Assembly: GCA_964389305.1 (NCBI GenBank)
Contig: CAYMEK010000018.1
Coordinates: 22,203-66,804, forward strand
Reading direction: 5' to 3'
Source of the DNA: an uncultured Spirochaetaceae bacterium
Lineage (GTDB): Bacteria > Spirochaetota > Spirochaetia > SZUA-6 > DRHE01
DNA: 44,602 nt
Shown here: piece by piece, positions 27,368 through 35,700 of the stretch
How positions within the stretch are numbered: the stretch's first letter is position 1
Layout of the letters: each line of letters begins with the position of its first letter
The notes under the pieces: model-generated
Databases searched by the model: none
What the model was told of the DNA's origin: nothing
Seen by the model: only the letters and a program-made list of their open reading frames with translations
Translations under genes and position numbers: made by a program

Positions 27368-30300
27368 ATGAACGGAAACCGGAAACATACCTCCATTATC
27401 ATACTGCTGGCGAGCATTTCAGTCGTTTTTTTCACCTGTAAGAATCCATTCACCCGGGTCGGTCTGGGCGACGAGGTAGACCTGGATGTTCCCGATCTTT
27501 CGATCGACAGCCACGAGAACGGGGACTTCGTGAGCTTCGTAGACGGGGATTTCGAGATCTACGGCCGGTACGCAGACGATATCGAGGTGGCCAGCGTCAC
27601 GATCTCCTTCGACGGGGGGGACAGCTTCGCCAGCACCGAGCTGGACAGCAAGAACAGGAAGTGGAGCTTCCTGGTCCGCCAGGCCGACGGCTACACAGAC
27701 GGAGAAAAAGAGCTGATCATCCAGGCCACCGATACTTCGGACAAGGTCATCGAGAAGCGCCTGTTCCTTTTCTTCGACACCGCGCCGCCGCTGGTGCTGG
27801 TTACGGTGCCCTACGAATACGAGTACGCGCCCCCCCTGCAGAAAAACACCTTCAATGGTGAGTTCAGCCTGAAAGGCGAGGCGGCCGACAGCTTCGGCAT
27901 CAAGCGGGTCACTGTTGATGTGTACGACTCACCCATGGGCGCGAGCGACCCCCTTCAATCCTACACCGCGGCCGGCACCGCTAGCTGGACCGCCTTGATC
28001 GACAGCACGGACCTGACCATAGGCAGCGCAGAGTTCGTTTTCCTGGTCACCGCGGAGGACAACGCCGGGAATAGCAATACCTATGTCTACAACTACAAGG
28101 ACGTGTGCGAAGCCAACGACCCCGACCCCATCACGGTGGAGCAGCTATACGATATCGAACAGGGGACGGACCTGGGCCTGGGGATCACGCCGGCGAGCCT
28201 GCCGGGCTACAGGAAATATCACGATCCGGGTGAGAATCCGAAATTTACGCTGCAGATCGATCAGGCCGAGGACCTGCCCCAGTTCGTGGTAAGCAATCCC
28301 GACGAAAGCTCGCCTCCGGATCAGAACATCCTGGGAGCCAGCGCCAACGGCATCGGACTGGTGGAGGACGACGACGGGGTGAGCGTGTCCAGCATCGAGA
28401 TCTGCATCGACGGCGGCGGCTGGGTCTCGCCGACCCAGACGGTTCCGGCAAGCGGCAGCGCCCTCTCGGTACGCTGGCAGCATGATCTGTCCGGGCTTTC
28501 CGAAGGACTGCATACCATACAGGTTCAGGCTCAGGATGTAGGCACTAAATCGAATAGCAGTGCGGAGGTCGGCTTTTTCGTGGACCTCGGGGCTCCCTCG
28601 GTGGAGATCACCTCGCCTGCTCAGGGAAGCTACCACAACGGGGATATCCTGGTTCAGGGCACCGCCTCGGACACCCAGGGGGTAACCAGCGTGAAGGTCA
28701 GCACCGACGGGGGTGCGGACTATTACGACGCCACCGATACCGGGGGAGGCTTCAGCACCTGGCAGTACAGCGCAGCCGTTCCCGGAGACGGGCTCACCGA
28801 CGGCAGCCGGACCATCAAGGTTATGGCCCAGGACGGCTCCGCCAAGATCGCCTATACCAATCTGCAGGTGATCATAGACACCCAGGATCCGTCGGTTTCC
28901 TTCCTCACTCCGGCCAACTCCAGCACGGTCAACGGCGAGGTGCTGCTCCGGGGAACCGCCGCGGACAACACCCAGATCAGCAAAGTCGAGCTGAAGGTGG
29001 GCAAGAACGATCCCTGGATCGAGATGAGCGGCACCTACAACTGGGAGTATGCCATCGACAGCGTGAGCTACGCCAATGCCACCCACGCGGATGAGACCCC
29101 GCCGGGAAGCGATGTCTGGCGGCTGAACATCCGGGCCAGGGCGACCGATACGGCGGGCAACGTCACCGAGCTTACCAATTACAACCTGTTCATCGACAAC
29201 GACCTGGACAAGCCCACGGTCAACGTCATCTCGCCGCTGGACGGGCAGAACCTGGGCGGATCGGTCCTGGTCAGCGGTACGGCCTTCGACGACGATGCGG
29301 TGCACCACGTGGAGATGAAGCTGGACCTTAATCATGACGGAGACTTCCTGGATCAGATCGACCTCAACGGCGACTTCGATACCCTGGACGATTTCGAAGA
29401 CGAGCAGCAGTGGTACACGGTCAGCGGCACCACCACCTGGACTCAAAACCTAAACACCGCCGGCGAGCTGTATCAGACCGAGCCGGGGCACGACGGGCAG
29501 GTTACTATCCGGGTACGGGCCGTGGACACCAAGGATGGCCTCACTCCCGGTCTGGCCGGCAACTACCAGGAGCTTACCATACACTTCGACGACACCATCC
29601 CGCGGCTGGAGAACGTAAGCCATTCCTCCGGCGACTATGTCAAGGGGATCTTCAACCTGACTGCGGACGTGCTCGATGATATCCGCGTGGACGAAATCTA
29701 CATCAGCTATGACGGCGGAGTGAACTACGACGACGTGCTGAACGACCCGACCTACGCCGGGACGTTCGTCCAGAACGATATCAACGATTACGATATCGAT
29801 ATACCCATCAACACCATCGCCACCTCCAGCGGTATCCTGTACCTGCGGCTGAAGGTCGTGGACAACGCCAACTACCAGAAGCTGGAGTACATCAACCTGA
29901 ACGTGGACAACGTGTATCCGGAGGGGATCTATACCGGCGACAGCCTGGATATTTATGGAAGCGGCCTCCACTCCCGGGTTCAGGGCACGGCCACGGACGC
30001 GGAGAGCGTCAGCGGCATCGAGCAAATCCAGGTCTACTTCGTACGGGGTGCGAGCGTGTATAATCCCCAGACAGGCGGGACAATCGGAGTGGGAAGCACC
30101 GATTTCGGCGACGGTAACGGCAGCGTGGCCTACACGGTCAATCCGAGCTACAAGATCATCATCGACAATCGCTACGAGCTGGGCAACGACTCGGGCGGAA
30201 ACGGCGACGGGGACGGCTACGACGAGTCCCTGACCCTGGCCGGATCTACTTACAACTGGTGGGCGGAATTCGATTCCACCCACATCCCCGACGGAACCAT

Positions 30301-32704
30301 CGATATCCACTACGTGGTGTTCGACAACGCCGGCAACGGGCACCACTACCTGCAGCCCGGCTTCATCAAGAACCACAAGCCTGTGATCGACAGCCTGGTG
30401 GTGGGAAGCGACGTGGACATGAGCGGCTCCGTGGAAGCCGATGAGCAGTTTTCCTACGACGGGGTGTTCTCGGCCCGCAACCGCCTGTACATCCAGATCA
30501 ACGCCAGCGACAACGATCCTCCGGGATTGAGTTATGCTGTGTATCATGATCCGGGCGGGGCCAATACGCTGGTCTCCACCGACGCCAGCGAGGAGATCGA
30601 CATCTCGGGGTACGGCGACGGAGCCACCGATTTTCTCTGCCGGGTGACCGACAGCGACGGAATCGTGGTGGATGCCACTATTGATGTAAGTGTCGAGAAC
30701 CTGGACACGGTGGACCCGGCTATCTCTATATACGCTCTGACCCAAGACGATGTGGTGGCCGGACACCTCGAGCAAGACGGCGACAGCCTCCACGACGGGA
30801 CGGATGCGGACGTGAGCGGGACAATTACCTTAACCGGCAGCAGCAGCGACAATCAACGGATTCAGTCGATCACCGTTACTATCGATGATTTCGATGCCGG
30901 TTCCGGTACGGGAATCGAACGCACCGTGGCTTCCTGGTCAGGCACCGTCGATGAGCTGGTTTCCTCCGATCCGGCTCATTTCGTAATCGACTCCCAGAGC
31001 CTGGATGAGGCCGACGGGCATCAAGTTAGCTGGAGCTATACCTGGAATACGGCCGCTATTACCGGTTCGGCAAGGAACAACATCGATATCCTTTTCAAGG
31101 CGAGTGATTTTGGTCCTAATACCGCTACCGATACCATGACCGTGGATGTGGTGCCCTATATCTCGGGAATTGTGAGAACCTTCAATACCCAACGATCTAA
31201 GTACGGGAAATTTCAGGTTCAAGAGGGCGAGACCGGGATAACGATAAACGGCTACAATCTGGCGGAGACGGGCACCAATTGGGCCAGGGTCTATAATTCG
31301 GCCGGCAGCGCCTACGACGATGTGATCGTCACCGCTTCCGGCTCACCCTACACCAGCTTCACCATTTCCCTGGCCGGTGTCACGCATTCGGGCTGGCTGA
31401 GACTGGCGGTGAATGGCGTAGAGGCGATAAACAACAGTAATGACAATACCCTGGAGGCCAACAAAGAGGATGACGGCAGCGGCTTGGCCAACACCAGATG
31501 GACCGATGACAGGTACCTGCGGGTCTGGGCGGTGGGAAATATGTTCAATCAGAGCGGAGACCCCCAACACCCGAGCATGAGCGTCGATTCGAATGGAACG
31601 CTGTACGGCTCCTGGACCAACAGCGCGACCTCAAGGGCCTACTATGCAACAACCGCAGCGAGAACCACGTTCTTCGAGAAATACGATCCGCCGGAATATA
31701 CCGACATATATATAGATTCAAATAATAATCTCAACATCGCCTACCTGGCCAACTATTTCAACGGAGCCAATAGCTGGGGGTTTTTGAGCCTGTGGAACGA
31801 GGAGGCGCCGAATCAAAACAGCTACGACAACTATGACGCCTATCTATTCGAGTGGCTCGGAGCCGACGACATGCTGTTTCAATTCCAGAGGCCACGGGTA
31901 GTTAGAAGCGAAGACAACCTACATCTGGCGTATTACGACTTGAACGAGAAGACGTTGAAATACGCCTATGTGGAAAACGCTGACCAGACTACGAGAAACC
32001 ACAGCGACTGGAACGGCTCAGGCGTCCACGCCCATCTGAACCTGGATGGAGGGGAAGCCCAGCCTGCCGGCAACGGGCAATCGGGACCTTTGACTGCCTT
32101 GGCCGGGGAGTATATGGCCATCGATATCGATGAGAACGGATGTCCGGTGATCATGTACTACGACATTTCCCATCAGACCTTGAAACTAGCCTATTCGGGT
32201 TCCGCGATCCCCACCGCCTATGGGAACTGGACGATCCAGACGGTATTCAAAGCCGATGACCCCAACAGGAGCTTTGTGGGTAAATACATAACCATGAAAA
32301 TAGACTCCGGCGGTAATATCCATGCGGCCTGCAGCAGAACATCAACTGGGAGTCTGATATATCTGTACGCCCCTGACGCCGACGGAGCCGATTACAGCTT
32401 CGATTATAGCGTGGAAGTCGATACCGAAGGCGCAGTAGGCACCTGGGCGGATATTACCCTGAATGGAACCACTCCCTACATTTCTTATCTGAACAATTCC
32501 ATGATAGGAACATTCGACGGGTTGAAGATGGCCTACTACGACGGGAGTCTAGGCGAATGGGAACACGAAATCGTGCCCATTATTACCGGGATCACCGAGA
32601 ACCGAACCAACGTGGAGTACAGGAAGGGCGCCGTGAATTGGCTGATTGCCATCGGATATGCCAGTAGCAACTTTGATATTGTATATCTGAAGCCTGAAGA
32701 ATAG
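27368..32704 (+). CDS. Giant acidic secreted/surface protein (probable lipoprotein) with about 8 or more tandem Big_7-like Ig domains, EF-hand/dockerin-like Ca-binding loops, and a C-terminal beta-propeller-like repeat region
   Basis: 1778 aa. It has a signal peptide ending FFTC. The GTA[SA]D..G[VI]..V.V motif recurs in VQGTASDTQGVTSVKVSTDGG, LRGTAADNTQISKVELKV, VSGTAFDDDAVHHVEMKL and VQGTATDAESVSGIEQIQV. The loops DLNHDGDFLD and DLNGDFDT are present. A C-terminal (A/M)YYD-x5-LK-x-AY repeat recurs roughly every 55-60 aa. Confidence 0.85.
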   Translation: MNGNRKHTSIIILLASISVVFFTCKNPFTRVGLGDEVDLDVPDLSIDSHENGDFVSFVDGDFEIYGRYADDIEVASVTISFDGGDSFASTELDSKNRKWSFLVRQADGYTDGEKELIIQATDTSDKVIEKRLFLFFDTAPPLVLVTVPYEYEYAPPLQKNTFNGEFSLKGEAADSFGIKRVTVDVYDSPMGASDPLQSYTAAGTASWTALIDSTDLTIGSAEFVFLVTAEDNAGNSNTYVYNYKDVCEANDPDPITVEQLYDIEQGTDLGLGITPASLPGYRKYHDPGENPKFTLQIDQAEDLPQFVVSNPDESSPPDQNILGASANGIGLVEDDDGVSVSSIEICIDGGGWVSPTQTVPASGSALSVRWQHDLSGLSEGLHTIQVQAQDVGTKSNSSAEVGFFVDLGAPSVEITSPAQGSYHNGDILVQGTASDTQGVTSVKVSTDGGADYYDATDTGGGFSTWQYSAAVPGDGLTDGSRTIKVMAQDGSAKIAYTNLQVIIDTQDPSVSFLTPANSSTVNGEVLLRGTAADNTQISKVELKVGKNDPWIEMSGTYNWEYAIDSVSYANATHADETPPGSDVWRLNIRARATDTAGNVTELTNYNLFIDNDLDKPTVNVISPLDGQNLGGSVLVSGTAFDDDAVHHVEMKLDLNHDGDFLDQIDLNGDFDTLDDFEDEQQWYTVSGTTTWTQNLNTAGELYQTEPGHDGQVTIRVRAVDTKDGLTPGLAGNYQELTIHFDDTIPRLENVSHSSGDYVKGIFNLTADVLDDIRVDEIYISYDGGVNYDDVLNDPTYAGTFVQNDINDYDIDIPINTIATSSGILYLRLKVVDNANYQKLEYINLNVDNVYPEGIYTGDSLDIYGSGLHSRVQGTATDAESVSGIEQIQVYFVRGASVYNPQTGGTIGVGSTDFGDGNGSVAYTVNPSYKIIIDNRYELGNDSGGNGDGDGYDESLTLAGSTYNWWAEFDSTHIPDGTIDIHYVVFDNAGNGHHYLQPGFIKNHKPVIDSLVVGSDVDMSGSVEADEQFSYDGVFSARNRLYIQINASDNDPPGLSYAVYHDPGGANTLVSTDASEEIDISGYGDGATDFLCRVTDSDGIVVDATIDVSVENLDTVDPAISIYALTQDDVVAGHLEQDGDSLHDGTDADVSGTITLTGSSSDNQRIQSITVTIDDFDAGSGTGIERTVASWSGTVDELVSSDPAHFVIDSQSLDEADGHQVSWSYTWNTAAITGSARNNIDILFKASDFGPNTATDTMTVDVVPYISGIVRTFNTQRSKYGKFQVQEGETGITINGYNLAETGTNWARVYNSAGSAYDDVIVTASGSPYTSFTISLAGVTHSGWLRLAVNGVEAINNSNDNTLEANKEDDGSGLANTRWTDDRYLRVWAVGNMFNQSGDPQHPSMSVDSNGTLYGSWTNSATSRAYYATTAARTTFFEKYDPPEYTDIYIDSNNNLNIAYLANYFNGANSWGFLSLWNEEAPNQNSYDNYDAYLFEWLGADDMLFQFQRPRVVRSEDNLHLAYYDLNEKTLKYAYVENADQTTRNHSDWNGSGVHAHLNLDGGEAQPAGNGQSGPLTALAGEYMAIDIDENGCPVIMYYDISHQTLKLAYSGSAIPTAYGNWTIQTVFKADDPNRSFVGKYITMKIDSGGNIHAACSRTSTGSLIYLYAPDADGADYSFDYSVEVDTEGAVGTWADITLNGTTPYISYLNNSMIGTFDGLKMAYYDGSLGEWEHEIVPIITGITENRTNVEYRKGAVNWLIAIGYASSNFDIVYLKPEE

Positions 32705-32720
32705 ATGAGTAGGAGAGAGG

Positions 32721-35700
32721 ATGAAACGACCAGCCCCGCTGTTCATAGTCTTGTTCCTCCTGGGCGCACGCTTCGCCCTGTTCGGATTAGGCGATCCGGA
32801 GGCGGGGGATTTCCAGGAAGTCAACGGGTTGGAGAACTGGGACCACCGGATCGATCTGTCAGGCTACCAGGAGGGCAAGTATAACCTGATCATCCGCGGC
32901 AGCGATGCCGCCGGGAACCTGGCCTATGAGGGCCCCTACAACATCTTTGTCGACCCGGCTTCGGATCTGCCGGTGGTACGTATCGCCAATCCGGCAGAAG
33001 GAATGCGGGTGGGAGGCAGCCTGAACGTGGTGGGCGCCTGCGTCGATGACGACGGAGTTCGTCAGGTGCAGGTATGCATCGACGACGGAGAGCCCCGGAC
33101 CGCCGAGGGAGGCGAGTTTTGGTCGCTGCGTTTCGATCTGGAGGGCTTCGACGACGGGCAGCACAGCGTGAGCGCCTGGGGCGTGGATATCAACGGCAAC
33201 AGCGGCGAGAGCCAATCGGTTGGCTTTTATCTGGACAGGCGCTCGCCGGTCATCCGGATCAGCTCCCATGCCAGCGGCGCGCTGGTATCCGGTAAGGTGA
33301 CCCTCGAGGGTCTGGTTACCGATCGGAACGGGGTCAGCAGCCTGGAAGTCAGCTCCGATGGCGGGGACACTTACCTGCCTCTGAAGCTGTCCCGCGACAA
33401 GGAAAAGCAGCACTGCGGGTTTTCGCACAGCATCGACACGGAAGCGCTGGCCGACGGCCCGCAGGTCTTCTGGTTCCGGGCTATCGACGAGACCGGCTCG
33501 GTCTCTCAGACCGCTTTCCTGATGTTTGTCAACAATGAGCAACCGTATCTCGAGCTTCTATATCCTCCGGATGAGTCGGAGGTGAGCGGCCGGGTGGTGG
33601 TGAGCGGCCGCGCCTACGACCGGATCGGTCTGAGGTCGCTCGGCTTCGACCTGGATGGAGGCGAGGGAGGAGAGGTCGAGCTGGTACCCGGGAATCCCTT
33701 TTGGACCCGGGAGCTCGATCTGTCCGGAAGAAAAGCGGGAGCCGTCCAGGTTGTCTTTACCCTGGAGAACCTGACCGGCAACCGCAGCTCCATGAAGCTG
33801 CGGTTGAAAATAGATCCGGACTCGGATAGGCCGCGGCTTCAGCTCGCCACTCCGACAGAGGGCTCGCTTCACTCCGGCCCGCCGGTGGCCAGCGGCTTCG
33901 TGAGGGACGAGGACGGGGTGCAGAGCGTGGAATATGCGGTAGATGGCTCCGGCTTCGAATCGGCGGCGGCCGGAGAGGCCTTTCGTTTCACCCTCGACGC
34001 ACTGGAGCCGGGCCGGCACACCCTCAGCATGCGGGCCGTGGACCTGCACGGGACCGCCGGTGAAACCGAAGAGGTTGACTTTATCGTCACCGGCCCCCCG
34101 CCGCGGATCGAGATCACTGAGGTCGAGGGAGGGGAAACGCCTGAGCTTTTCCAGCCGGGGTACCTCATCGGCTCCGGACAAAAGGCGAGGCTCGGTGGAC
34201 AGATCCTTTTTTCGGGCGATGCGGTCAAGGCGGAGTACAGCTTCGGGGCTCAGGAGCACAGGAACCTGGCGCTGCGCAAGGGTGGGGAGTCCGGGAAGAG
34301 GTACTTCGAGCTGGCCGTTCCGGGCGAGCTTCCTCCCGGCCGGGTGGACCTGTCGATCCGGGCGACCGACGCCTTCGATCAGGTCGCTGAATACCGAAGC
34401 TTCTTTTTCGCCGAAAAGGTCGAATCAGCAGACCGTATCATCTTCCAGGATGCTCGCCTGCGGGAGGACGGCAGCATTGTCTTCTCCGATGAGACCCCGC
34501 TTTACGGCTACGCCGGCAGCGGGCCGCTCCGTTCGCTGGCTCTCGATCCGCCCACGGAGCTGGTTCAGATAAGGGCCGAAGGGGCCCTGGTGCTCATCGA
34601 GCCTGCGGGCGCCGGGATCAGCGAGCCCACGGTGGTGAGGGCCACGACTGCGGGGGGAAGATCCGTAAGCTCCCTGCCGCTGCGATTTGTCACAGACAGG
34701 CAGCCGCCGGCATTGGAGATCGAGCAGCCCCTGGTGGGATTGTGGACCGCGGACACGCTCCTGCTCGAAGGGACCGCCACCGATGCCAGCGGAATCCGGA
34801 GAATCGAATATTCCCTGGACCGCGGCGATACCTTCCTGCCTGTAGAGCGCGGCGACAGTGAGAATAGCGCCAGGTTCTCGAAAAGTGTTTCGCTGGCCGC
34901 TTTGAGCGACGGACCGTTCCTGCTGCTGGTGCGGGCCGTGGACCGGGCGGACAACCAGGCGCTGCAGTCGATACCCGTCTACAAAGACACGGTAGCACCG
35001 TTGCCGGTGCTCCTCGCACCCGGGGCGCAGGACGAGCTTAACGGCCTGATCTCCCTGGTGGGCCGTGTAGAGGAGGAGGGAAGGGTGCAGCGTATCGAGT
35101 TCAGCGATGACGGGGAAAGCTTCCGGGAGATCGGAGAAGGGCGCCATTTCGTCTTCGACCTGAACCTCTCCGCCTACGAAACGCTGCCGGAGAGCTTCAC
35201 CCTGCGGGCGGTGGACGCCGCCGGCAACCAGGGAATCCTCACCCCCTCCTTGGATGTGAACCGCGAAGTGGACAAGCCGGTGGTCCAGATCCAGATACCC
35301 GCCCAGGGAGAGCTGATAAAGAACGACTTCACCATCTCCGGGATGGTCTTTGACGACGATCAGGTGGCCGGCATTTCCTACCGCCTGGACGAAGGAGAGT
35401 TCCGCAGCCTGCAGCCTGCCCACCAGTTCAGCATCCCCGTCGCGATCGAGGACATTACGGACAACGAACACCGTGTCGAAGTGATTGCGGAGGACAGCGG
35501 CGGAGTGAAGAGCGACCTCGCGGTCACAACCTTCATGGTCTCGACCTCGGAACCGGAGTCCTTGCTGCTCAGTCCCGGAGTCGAGGAGCAGGTACGAGGG
35601 GTGATCGATCTCAGGGGTGAGAGCCGCGACCCGAACGGCATCGAGGAGGTCTTCGTTTCCCTGGATAACGGGCACAGCTTTCAGGAAATGCAGGGAGCCG

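Noticed and set aside
28145-30793. Two long minus-strand ORFs (433 and 447 aa) inside giant surface protein gene 1. Similar antisense ORFs sit inside giant gene 2 (32859-33542, 33558-34259, 34425-35750, 36513-37040).
   Set aside because: They are antisense to a continuous, signal-peptide-initiated ORF with periodic Ig-domain motifs. They have no motifs of their own.
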